Shown one piece after another: positions 51,851-64,000 of a stretch of 64,000 bases of DNA. The notes under the pieces were generated by a model. That model worked only from the letters and a program-made list of their open reading frames with translations, ran no database searches and was not told the origin of the DNA. The DNA is from Eledone cirrhosa (taxonomy: Eukaryota). Where the stretch lies: NCBI GenBank assembly GCA_964016885.1, contig OZ024741.1, positions 246,884,001-246,948,000 of the forward strand, read 5' to 3'. Numbering within the stretch: the stretch's first letter is position 1; each line of letters opens with the position of its first letter. A program made the position numbers and the translations under genes.

Positions 51851-54800
51851 AATTATCTCCGCCTGATTTTTTTAAAAAAATTATCTCCCCTTGGACGGCT
51901 GGAAATTATCTCCCCTTGGACGGCTAGAAATTACCTCTCCTTGGACGGCTGAAAATTATCTCCCCTTGGACGGCTGGAAATTATCTCCCCTTGATTTTTT
52001 TACAAATTATCTCCCCCTGATTTTTTTTTACAAATTATCTCCCCCTGATTTTTTTTTACAAATTATCTACCCCTGATTTTTTTTTACAAATTATCTCCCC
52101 CTGATTTTTTTTACAAATTATCTCCCCCTGATTTTTTTTACAAATTATCTCCCCCTGATTTTTTTACAAATTATCTCCCCCTGATTTTTTTTACAAATTA
52201 TCTCCGCCTGATTTTTTTAAATATTATCTCTCCTTGGCTGGCGGGAAATTATCTCCCCTTGGACGGCTGGAAATTATCTCCCCTTGGAAGGATGGAAATT
52301 ATCTCCCCTTGGACGGCTGGAAATTATCTACCCCCGATTTTTTTTACAAATTATCTCCCCCTGATTTTTTTTACAAATTATCTCCCCCTGATTTTTTTTT
52401 ACAAATTATCTCCCCCTGATTTTTTTTAGAAATTATCTCCGCCTGATTTTTTTAAATGTTATCTCTCCTTGGCTGGCGGGAAATTATCTCCCCTTGGACG
52501 GCTGGAAATTATCTCCCCTTGGAAGGATGGAAATTATCTCCCCTTGGACGGCTGAAAATTATCTACCCCTGATTTTTTTTACAAATTATCTCCCCCTGAT
52601 TTTTTTTACAAATTATCTCCCCCTGATTTTTTTTACAAATTATCTACCCCTGATTTTTTCTACAAATTATCTCCCCCTGATTTTTTTTACAAATTATCTC
52701 CCCCTGATTTTTTTTTTACAAATTATCTCCCCCTGATTTTTTTACAAATTATCTCCCCCTGATTTTTTTTACAAATTATCTCCCCCTGATTTTTTTACAA
52801 ATTATCTCCCCTTGGCTGGCTGGAAATTATCTCCCCTTGGAGGCTGGAACTTATCTCCCCTTGGACGGCTAGAAATTACCTCTCCTTGGACGGCTGGAAA
52901 ATATGTCTCCTTGGACGGCTGGATATTATCTCCCCTTGGACGGCTGGAAATTATCTCCCCTTGGACGGCTGGAAATTATCTCACCTTGGATGGCTAGATA
53001 TTACCTCACCTTGGACGGCTGGAAATTATCTCCCCTTGATTTTTTTTACAAATTATCTCCCCCTGATTTTTTTTTACAAATTATCTCCCCCTGATTTTTT
53101 TTTACAAATTATCTCCGCCTGATTTTTGTTTACAAATTATCTCCGCCTGATTTTTTTAAAAAAATTATCTCCCCTTGGACGGCTGGAAATTATCTCCCCT
53201 TGGACGGCTAGAAATTACCTCCTTGGACGGCTGAAAATTATCTCCCCTTGGACGGCTGGAAATTATCTCCCCTTGATTTTTTTACAAATTATCTCCCCCT
53301 GATTTTTTTTTTACAAATTATCTCCCCCTGATTTTTTTTACAAATTATCTACCCCTGATTTTTTTTTACAAATTATCTCCCCCTGATTTTTTTTACAAAT
53401 TATCTCCCCTGATTTTTTTTTACAAATTATCTCCTCCTGATTTTTTTACAAATTATCTCCCCCTGATTTTTTTTACAAATTATCTCCGCCTGATTTTTTT
53501 AAATATTATCTCTCCTTGGCTGGCGGGAAATTATCTCCCCTTGGACGGCTGGAAATTATCTCCCCTTGGAAGGATGGAAATTATCTCCCCTTGGACGGCT
53601 GGAAATTATGTACCCCTGATTTTTTTTACAAATTATCTCCCCCTGATTTTTTTTACAAATTATCTCCCCCTGATTTTTTTTTACAAATTATCTACCCCTG
53701 ATTTTTTTACAAATTATCTCCCCTTGGCTGGCTGGAAATTATCTCCCCTTGGACGGCTAGAAATTACCTCTCCTTGGACGGCTGAAAATTATCTCCCCTT
53801 GGACGGCTGGAAATTATCTCCCCTTGATTTTTTTACAAATTATCTCCCCCTGATTTTTTTTTTACAAATTATCACCCCCTGATTTTTTTTTACAAATTAT
53901 CTACCCCTGATTTTTTTTTACAAATTATCTCCCCTTGATTTTTTTTACAAATTATCTCCCCCTGATTTTTTTTACAAATTATCTCCCCCTGATTTTTTTT
54001 TACAAATTATCTCCCCCTGATTTTTGTTTACAAATTATCTCCGCCTGATTTTTTTAAAAAAATTATCTCCCCTTGGACGGCTGGAAATTATCTCCCCTTG
54101 GACGGCTAGAAATTACCTCTCCTTGGACGGCTGAAAATTATCTCCCCTTGGACGGCTGGAAATTATCTCCCCTTGATTTTTTTACAAATTATCTCCGCCT
54201 GATTTTTTTTTTACAAATTATCTCCCCCTGATTTTTTTTTACAAATTATCTCCCCCTGATTTTTTTTTACAAATTATCTCCCCCTGATTTTTTTTTACAA
54301 ATTATCTCCCCCTAATTTTTTTTTACAAATTATCTCCCCCTAATTTTTTTACAAATTATCTCCCCTTGGCTGGCTGGAAATTATCTCCCCTTGGAGGCTG
54401 GAACTTATCTCCCCTTGGACGGCTAGAAATTACGTCTCCTTGGACGGCTGGAAAATATGTCTCCTTGGACGGCTGGATATTATCTCCCCTTGGACGGCTG
54501 GAAATTATCTCCCCTTGGACGGCTGGAAATTATCTCCCCTTGGATGGCTAGATATTACCTCCCCTTGGACGGCTGGAAATTATCTCCCCTTGATTTTTTT
54601 TACAAATTATCTCCCCCTGATTTTTTTTTACAAATTATCTCCCCCTGATTTTTTTTACAAATTATCTCCCCCTGATTTTTGTTTACAAATTATCTCCGCC
54701 TGATTTTTTTAAAAAAATTATCTCCCCTTGGACGGCTGGAAATTATCTCCCCTTGGACGGCTAGAAATTACCTCTCCTTGGACGGCTGAAAATTATCTCC

Positions 54801-57800
54801 CCTTGGACGGCTGGAAATTATCTCCCCTTGATTTTTTTACAAATTATCTCCCCCTGATTTTTTTTTACAAATTATCTCCCCCTGATTTTTTTTTACAAAT
54901 TATCTACCCCTGATTTTTTTTTACAAATTATCTCCCCCTGATTTTTTTTACAAATTATCTCCCCCTGATTTTTTTTTACAAATTATCTCCCCCTGATTTT
55001 TTTACAAATTATCTCCCTCTGATTTTTTTTACAAATTATCTCCGCCTGATTTTTTTAAATATTATCTCTCCTTGGCTGGCGGGAAATTATCTCCCCTTGG
55101 ACGGCTGGAAATTATCTCCCCTTGGAAGGATGGAAATTATCTCCCCTTGGACGGCTGGAAATTATCTACCCCTGATTTTTTTTACAAATTATCTCCCCCT
55201 GATTTTTTTACAAATTATCTCCCCCTGATTTTTTTTACAAATTATCTCCGCCTGATTTTTTTAAATGTTATCTCTCCTTGGCTGGCGGGAAATTATCTCC
55301 CCTTGGACGGCTGGAAATTATCTCCCCTTGGAAGGATGGAAATTATCTCCCCTTGGACGGCTGAAAATTATCTACCCCTGATTTTTTTTACAAATTATCT
55401 CCCCCTGATTTTTTTACAAATTATCTCCCCCTGATTTTTTTTACAAATTATCTACCCCTGATTTTTTTTACAAATTATCTCCCCCTGATTTTTTTTACAA
55501 ATTATCTCCCCCTGATTTTTTTTTTACAAATTATCTCCCCCTGATTTTTTTACAAATTATCTCCCCCTGATTTTTTTTTTACAAATTATCTCCCCCTGAT
55601 TTTTTTACAAATTATCTCCCCTTGGCTGGCTGGAAATTATCTCCCCTTGGAGGCTGGAACTTATCTCCCCTTGGACGGCTAGAAATTACCTCTCCTTGGA
55701 CGGCTGGAAAATATGTCTCCTTGGACGGCTGGATATTATCTCCCCTTGGACGGCTGGAAATTATCTCCCCTTGGACGGCTGGAAATTATCTCCCCTTGGA
55801 TGGCTAGATATTACCTCCCCTTGGACGGCTGGAAATTATCTCCCCTTGATTTTTTTACAAATTATCTCCCCCTGATTTTTTTTTACAAATTATCTCCCCC
55901 TGATTTTTTTTTACAAATTATCTACCCATGATTTTTTTTTACAAATTATCTCCCCCTGATTTTTTTTACAAATTATCTCCCCCTGATTTTTTTTTACAAA
56001 TTATCTCCCCCTGATTTTTTTACAAATTATCTCCCTCTGATTTTTTTTACAAATTATCTCCGCCTGATTTTTTTAAATATTATCTCTCCTTGGCTGGCGG
56101 GAAATTATCTCCCCTTGGACGGCTGGAAATTATCTCCCCTTGGAAGGATGGAAACTATCTCCCCTTGGACGGCTGGAAATTATCTACCCCTGATTTTTTT
56201 TACAAATTATCTCCCCCTGATTTTTTTACAAATTATCTCCCCCTGATTTTTTTTACAAATTATCTCCGCCTGATTTTTTTAAATGTTATCTCTCCTTGGC
56301 TGGCGGGAAATTATCTCCCCTTGGACGGCTGGAAATTATCTCCCCTTGGAAGGATGGAAATTATCTCCCCTTGGACGGCTGAAAATTATCTACCCCTGAT
56401 TTTTTTTACAAATTATCTCCCCCTGATTTTTTTTACAAATTATCTCCCCCTGATTTTTTTTACAAATTATCTACCCCTGATTTTTTTTACAAATTATCTC
56501 CCCCTGATTTTTTTACAAATTATCTCCCCCTGATTTTTTTTACAAATTATCTACCCCTGATTTTTTTTACAAATTATCTCCCCCTGATTTTTTTTACAAA
56601 TTATCTCCCCCTGATTTTTTTTTTACAAATTATCTCCCCCTGATTTTTTTACAAATTATCTCCTCCTGATTTTTTTTTTACAAATTATCTCCCCCTGATT
56701 TTTTTACAAATTATCTCCCCTTGGCTGGCTGGAAATTATCTCCCCTTGGAGGCTGGAACTTATCTCCCCTTGGACGGCTAGAAATTACCTCTCCTTGGAC
56801 GGCTGGAAAATATGTCTCCTTGGACGGCTGGATATTATCTCCCCTTGGACGGCTGGAAATTATCTCCCCTTGGACGGCTGGAAATTATCTCCCCTTGGAT
56901 GGCTAGATATTACCTCCCCTTGGACGGCTGGAAATTATCTCCCCTTGATTTTTTTACAAATTATCTCCCCCTGATTTTTTTTTACAAATTATCTCCCCCT
57001 GATTTTTTTTTACAAATTATCTACCCATGATTTTTTTTTACAAATTATCTCCCCCTGATTTTTTTTACAAATTATCTCCCCCTGATTTTTTTTTACAAAT
57101 TATCTCCCCCTGATTTTTTTACAAATTATCTCCCTCTGATTTTTTTTACAAATTATCTCCGCCTGATTTTTTTAAATATTATCTCTCCTTGGCTGGCGGG
57201 AAATTATCTCCCCTTGGACGGCTGGAAATTATCTCCCCTTGGAAGGATGGAAATTATCTCCCCTTGGACGGCTGGAAATTATCTACCCCTGATTTTTTTT
57301 ACAAATTATCTCCCCCTGATTTTTTTACAAATTATCTCCCCCTGATTTTTTTTACAAATTATCTCCGCCTGATTTTTTTAAATGTTATCTCTCCTTGGCT
57401 GGCGGGAAATTATCTCCCCTTGGACGGCTGGAAATTATCTCCCCTTGGAAGGATGGAAATTATCTCCCCTTGGACGGCTGAAAATTATCTACCCCTGATT
57501 TTTTTTACAAATTATCTCCCCCTGATTTTTTTTACAAATTATCTCCCCCTGATTTTTTTTACAAATTATCTACCCCTGATTTTTTTTACAAATTATCTCC
57601 CCCTGATTTTTTTTACAAATTATCTCCCCCTGATTTTTTTTTTACAAATTATCTCCCCCTGATTTTTTTACAAATTATCTCCCCCTGATTTTTTTTTTAC
57701 AAATTATCTCCCCCTGATTTTTTTACAAATTATCTCCCCTTGGCTGGCTGGAAATTATCTCCCCTTGGAGGCTGGAACTTATCTCCCCTTGGACGGCTAG

Positions 57801-60699
57801 AAATTACCTCTCCTTGGACGGCTGGAAAATATGTCTCCTTGGACGGCTGGATATTATCTCCCCTTGGACGGCTGGAAATTATCTCCCCTTGGACGGCTGG
57901 AAATTATCTCCCCTTGGATGGCTAGATATTACCTCCCCTTGGACGGCTGGAAATTATCTCCCCTTGATTTTTTTTACAAATTATCTCCCCCTGATTTTTT
58001 TTTACAAATTATCTCCCCCTGATTTTTTTTTACAAATTATCTCCCCCTGATTTTTGTTTACAAATTATCTCCGCCTGATTTTTTAAAAAAAATTATCTCC
58101 CCTTGGACGGCTGGAAATTATCTCCCCTTGGACGGCTAGAAATTACCTCTCCTTGGACGGCTGAAAATTATCTCCCCTTGGACGGCTGGAAATTATCTCC
58201 CCTTGATTTTTTTACAAATTATCTCCCCCTGATTTTTTTTTACAAATTATCTACCCCTGATTTTTTTTTACAAATTATCTCCCCCTGATTTTTTTTACAA
58301 ATTATCTCCCCCTGATTTTTTTTTACAAATTATCTCCCCCTGATTTTTTTACAAATTATCTCCCTCTGATTTTTTTTACAAATTATCTCCGCCTGATTTT
58401 TTTAAATATTATCTCTCCTTGGCTGGCGGGAAATTATCTCCCCTTGGACGGCTGGAAATTATCTCCCCTTGGAAGGATGGAAATTATCTCCCCTTGGACG
58501 GCTGGAAATTATCTACCCCTGATTTTTTTTACAAATTATCTCCCCCTGATTTTTTTACAAATTATCTCCCCCTGATTTTTTTTACAAATTATCTCCGCCT
58601 GATTTTTTTAAATGTTATCTCTCCTTGGCTGGCGGGAAATTATCTCCCCTTGGACGGCTGGAAATTATCTCCCCTTGGAAGGATGGAAATTATCTCCCCT
58701 TGGACGGCTGAAAATTATCTACCCCTGATTTTTTTTACAAATTATCTCCCCCTGATTTTTTTACAAATTATCTCCACCTGATTTTTTTTACAAATTATCT
58801 ACCCCTGATTTTTTATACAAATTATCTCCCCCTGATTTTTTTTACAAATTATCTCCCCCTGATTTTTTTTTTACAAATTATCTCCCCCTGATTTTTTTAC
58901 AAATTATCTCCCCCTGATTTTTTTTTTACAAATTATCTCCCCCTGATTTTTTTACAAATTATCTCCCCTTGGCTGGCTGGAAATTATCTCCCCTTGGAGG
59001 CTGGAACTTATCTCCCCTTGGACGGCTAGAAATTACCTCTCCTTGGACGGCTGGAAAATATGTCTCCTTGGACGGCTGGATATTATCTCCCCTTGGACGG
59101 CTGGAAATTATCTCCCCTTGGACGGCTGGAAATTATCTCCCCTTGGATGGCTAGATATTACCTCCCCTTGGACGGCTGGAAATTATCTCCCCTTGATTTT
59201 TTTACAAATTATCTCCCCCTGATTTTTTTTTACAAATTATCTCCCCCTGATTTTTTTTTACAAATTATCTACCCATGATTTTTTTTTACAAATTATCTCC
59301 CCCTGATTTTTTTTACAAATTATCTCCCCCTGATTTTTTTTTACAAATTATCTCCCCCTGATTTTTTTACAAATTATCTCCCTCTGATTTTTTTTACAAA
59401 TTATCTCCGCCTGATTTTTTTAAATATTATCTCTCCTTGGCTGGCGGGAAATTATCTCCCCTTGGACGGCTGGAAATTATCTCCCCTTGGAAGGATGGAA
59501 ATTATCTCCCCTTGGACGGCTGGAAATTATCTACCCCTGATTTTTTTTACAAATTATCTCCCCCTGATTTTTTTACAAATTATCTCCCCCTGATTTTTTT
59601 TACAAATTATCTCCGCCTGATTTTTTTAAATGTTATCTCTCCTTGGCTGGCGGGAAATTATCTCCCCTTGGACGGCTGGAAATTATCTCCCCTTGGAAGG
59701 ATGGAAATTATCTCCCCTTGGACGGCTGAAAATTATCTACCCCTGATTTTTTTTACAAATTATCTCCCCCTGATTTTTTTTACAAATTATCTCCCCCTGA
59801 TTTTTTTTACAAATTATCTACCCCTGATTTTTTTTACAAATTATCTCCCCCTGATTTTTTTTACAAATTATCTCCCCCTGATTTTTTTTTTACAAATTAT
59901 CTCCCCCTGATTTTTTTACAAATTATCTCCCCCTGATTTTTTTTTTACAAATTATCTCCCCCTGATTTTTTTACAAATTATCTCCCCTTGGCTGGCTGGA
60001 AATTATCTCCCCTTGGAGGCTGGAACTTATCTCCCCTTGGACGGCTAGAAATTACCTCTCCTTGGACGGCTGGAAAATATGTCTCCTTGGACGGCTGGAT
60101 ATTATCTCCCCTTGGACGGCTGGAAATTATCTCCCCTTGGACGGCTGGAAATTATCTCCCCTTGGATGGCTAGATATTACCTCCCCTTGGACGGCTGGAA
60201 ATTATCTCCCCTTGATTTTTTTTACAAATTATCTCCCCCTGATTTTTTTTTACAAATTATCTCCCCCTGATTTTTTTTTACAAATTATCTCCCCCTGATT
60301 TTTGTTTACAAATTATCTCCGCCTGATTTTTTAAAAAAAATTATCTCCCCTTGGACGGCTGGAAATTATCTCCCCTTGGACGGCTAGAAATTACCTCTCC
60401 TTGGACGGCTGAAAATTATCTCCCCTTGGACGGCTGGAAATTATCTCCCCTTGATTTTTTTACAAATTATCTCCCCCTGATTTTTTTTTTACAAATTATC
60501 TCCCCCTGATTTTTTTTTACAAATTATCTACCCCTGATTTTTTTTACAAATTATCTCCCCCTGATTTTTTTTACAAATTATCTCCCCCTGATTTTTTTTT
60601 ACAAATTATCTCCCCCTGATTTTTTTACAAATTATCTCCCCCTGATTTTTTTTACAAATTATCTCCGCCTGATTTTTTTAAATATTATCTCTCCTTGGC

Positions 60700-63600
60700 T
60701 GGCGGGAAATTATCTCCCCTTGGACGGCTGGAAATTATCTCCCCTTGGAAGGATGGAAATGATCTCCCCTTGGACGGCTGAAAATTATCTACCCCTGATT
60801 TTTTTTACAAATTATCTCCCCCTGATTTTTTTTACAAATTATCTCCCCCTGATTTTTTTTACAAATTATCTACCCCTGATTTTTTCTACAAATTATCTCC
60901 CCCTGATTTTTTTTACAAATTATCTCCCCCTGATTTTTTTTTTACAAATTATCTCCCCCTGATTTTTTTTTACAAATTATCTACCCCTGATTTTTTTTTA
61001 CAAATTATCTACCCCTGATTTTTTTTTACAAATTATCTCCCCCTGATTTTTTTTACAAATTATCTCCCCCTGATTTTTTTTTACAAATTATCTACATCTG
61101 ATTTTTTTACAAATTATCTCCCCTTGGCTGGCTGGAAATTATCTCCCCTTGGACGGCTAGAAATTACCTCTCCTTGGACGGCTGAAAATTATCTCCCCTT
61201 GGACGGCTGGAAATTATCTCCCCTTGATTTTTTTACAAATTATCTCCCCCTGATTTTTTTTTACAAATTATCTCCCCCTGATTTTTTTTTACAAATTATC
61301 TACCCCTGATTTTTTTTTACAAATTATCTCCCCTTGATTTTTTTTACAAATTATCTCCCCCTGATTTTTTTTTACAAATTATCTCCCCCTGATTTTTTTT
61401 TAAAAATTATCTCCCCCTGATTTTTGTTTACAAATTATCTACCCCTGATTTTTTTTTACAAATTATCTCCCCCTGATTTTTTCAAATGTTATCTCTCCTT
61501 GGCTGGCGGGAAATTATCTCCCCTTGGACGGCTGGAAATTATCTCCCCTTGGAAGGATGGAAATTATCTCCCCTTGGACGGCTGAAAATTATCTACCCCT
61601 GATTTTTTTTACAAATTATCTCCCCCTGATTTTTTTACAAATTATCTCCGCCTGATTTTTTTAAATGTTATCTCTCCTTGGCTGGCGGGAAATTATCTCC
61701 CCTTGGACGGCTGGAAATTATCTCCCCTTGGAAGGATGGAAATTATCTCCCCTTGGACGGCTGAAAATTATCTACCCCTGATTTTTTTTACAAATTATCT
61801 CCCCCTGATTTTTTTTACAAATTATCTCCCCCTGATTTTTTTTACAAATTATCTACCCCTGATTTTTTTTACAAATTATCTCCCCCTGATTTTTTTTACA
61901 AATTATCTCCCCCTGATTTTTTTTTACAAATTATCTCCCCCTGATTTTTTTTTACAAATTATCTCCGCCTGATTTTTTTTACAAATTATCTCCGCCTGAT
62001 TTTTTTAAATATTATCTCTCCTTGGCTGGCGGGAAATTATCTCCCCTTGGACGGCTGGAAATTATCTCCCCTTGGAAGGATGGAAATTATCTCCCCTTGG
62101 ACGGCTGGAAATTATCTACCCCTGATTTTTTTTACAAATTATCTCCCCCTGATTTTTTTACAAATTATCTCCCCCTGATTTTTTTTACAAATTATCTCCG
62201 CCTGATTTTTTTAAATGTTATCTCTCCTTGGCTGGCGGGAAATTATCTCCCCTTGGACGGCTGGAAATTATCTCCCCTTGGAAGGATGGAAATTATCTCC
62301 CCTTGGACGGCTGAAAATTATCTACCCCTGATTTTTTTTACAAATTATCTCCCCCTGATTTTTTTTACAAATTATCTCCCCCTGATTTTTTTTACAAATT
62401 ATCTACCCCTGATTTTTTCTACAAATTATCTCCCCCTGATTTTTTTTACAAATTATCTCCCCCTGATTTTTTTTTTACAAATTATCTCCCCCTGATTTTT
62501 TTTTACAAATTATCTACCCCTGATTTTTTTTTACAAATTATCTACCCCTGATTTTTTTTTACAAATTATCTCCCCCTGATTTTTTTTACAAATTATCTCC
62601 CCCTGATTTTTTTTTACAAATTATCTACATCTGATTTTTTTACAAATTATCTCCCCTTGGCTGGCTGGAAATTATCTCCCCTTGGACGGCTAGAAATTAC
62701 CTCTCCTTGGACGGCTGAAAATTATCTCCCCTTGGACGGCTGGAAATTATCTCCCCTTGATTTTTTTACAAATTATCTCCCCCTGATTTTTTTTTTACAA
62801 ATTATCTCCCCCTGATTTTTTTTTACAAATTATCTACCCCTGATTTTTTTTTACAAATTATCTCCCCTTGATTTTTTTTACAAATTATCTCCCCCTGATT
62901 TTTTTTTACAAATTATCTCCCCCTGATTTTTTTTTACAAATTATCTCCCCCTGATTTTTGTTTACAAATTATCTACCCCTGATTTTTTTTTACAAATTAT
63001 CTCCCCCTGATTTTTTTAAATGTTATCTCTCCTTGGCTGGCGGGAAATTATCTCCCCTTGGACGGCTGGAAATTATCTCCCCTTGGAAGGATGGAAATTA
63101 TCTCCCCTTGGACGGCTGAAAATTATCTACCCCTGATTTTTCTTACAAATTATCTCCCCCTGATTTTTTTACAAATTATCTCCGCCTGATTTTTTTAAAT
63201 GTTATCTCTCCTTGGCTGGCGGGAAATTATCTCCCCTTGGACGGCTGGAAATTATCTCCCCTTGGAAGGATGGAAATTATCTCCCCTTGGACGGCTGAAA
63301 ATTATCTACCCCTGATTTTTTTTACAAATTATCTCCCCCTGATTTTTTTTACAAATTATCTCCCCCTGATTTTTTTTACAAATTATCTACCCCTGATTTT
63401 TTTTACAAATTATCTCCCCCTGATTTTTTTTACAAATTATCTCCCCCTGATTTTTTTTTACAAATTATCTCCCCCTGATTTTTTTTTACAAATTATCTCC
63501 GCCTGATTTTTTTTACAAATTATCTCCGCCTGATTTTTTTAAATATTATCTCTCCTTGGCTGGCGGGAAATTATCTCCCCTTGGACGGCTGGAAATTATC

Positions 63601-64000
63601 TCCCCTTGGAAGGATGGAAATTATCTCCCCTTGGACGGCTGGAAATTATCTACCCCTGATTTTTTTTACAAATTATCTCCCCCTGATTTTTTTACAAATT
63701 ATCTCCCCCTGATTTTTTTTACAAATTATCTCCGCCTGATTTTTTTAAATGTTATCTCTCCTTGGCTGGCGGGAAATTATCTCCCCTTGGACGGCTGGAA
63801 ATTATCTCCCCTTGGAAGGATGGAAATTATCTCCCCTTGGACGGCTGAAAATTATCTACCCCTGATTTTTTTTACAAATTATCTCCCCCTGATTTTTTTT
63901 ACAAATTATCTCCCCCTGATTTTTTTTACAAATTATCTACCCCTGATTTTTTCTACAAATTATCTCCCCCTGATTTTTTTTACAAATTATCTCCCCCTGA
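60700..64000 (+). repeat. Tandem duplication, period 1,533-1,534 bp, of a Q-less unit made of P and R' blocks
   Basis: ORF starts 61703/63237, and CTACATCTGA at ~61092 and ~62625. The same unit is present at ~4.0-5.5 kb and ~28.9-30.5 kb. Confidence 0.83.

Larger units (their letters stand above)
1..64000. repeat. Complex two-monomer (25 bp A / 26-29 bp B) tandem satellite array, extending beyond both window ends
   Basis: The core AAATTATCTCCCC(C/T)TG, or a close variant, recurs every 23-29 bp from first to last base, always in the same orientation. No unique sequence was seen. Confidence 0.99.

Noticed and set aside
60-63506. Many + strand ORFs of 61-199 aa (TNYLPLIFF, YKLSPPDFF and WKLSPLGRLEII repeats)
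   Set aside because: They are translations of the satellite, mostly from TTG starts inside CCTTGG, and overlap in several frames. Frames shift with T-tract length and 25-bp units. The absence of minus-strand ORFs is explained by TAA in GATAAT in nearly every monomer.
1-64000. CRISPR-like layout of a constant repeat with a variable intervening segment
   Set aside because: The constant part is only about 16 bp. The 9-13 bp 'spacers' belong to two recurring classes rather than being unique, and there is no leader or cas gene.
1-64000. G-quadruplex or i-motif from C4-5 runs
   Set aside because: The runs are separated by about 21-24 nt, far longer than canonical 1-7 nt loops, so stable intramolecular structures are not supported.
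1-64000. Whole window as a sequencing or assembly artefact (concatemer or slippage)
   Set aside because: Shared private variants, consistent homopolymer lengths and nested duplication structure indicate genuine evolved DNA. Individual large duplications still need read validation.

Overview
The whole 64 kb is one uninterrupted, single-orientation tandem satellite array. I saw no unique sequence, inversion, transposon, RNA gene or credible protein-coding gene. It is built from two related monomers that share the core AAATTATCTCCCC(C/T)TG. Monomer A is GAAATTATCTCCCCTTGGACGGCTG (25 bp, 52% GC). Monomer B is ACAAATTATCTCCCCCTGA(T)7-10 (26-29 bp, about 30% GC). There are roughly 2,400 monomers (64,000 / about 26.5). 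A monomers occur in stereotyped blocks of ordered variants, here called P (4 units), Q (9 units) and R/R' (4 units), separated by runs of B. These form higher-order repeats (HORs) of about 1.0-1.7 kb; the canonical one is 48 monomers and 1,254 bp. The HORs are nested in local duplications of 0.4-3.5 kb and in 9-10 kb duplications at offsets of about 25-27 kb and about 31.7 kb. All listed ORFs are + strand translations of the repeat and are judged spurious. The organisation resembles eukaryotic (peri)centromeric or heterochromatic satellite, but I cannot assign organism or function from the sequence. Duplication offsets come from ORF-track coordinates and hand-checked marker variants, and the boundaries are approximate.
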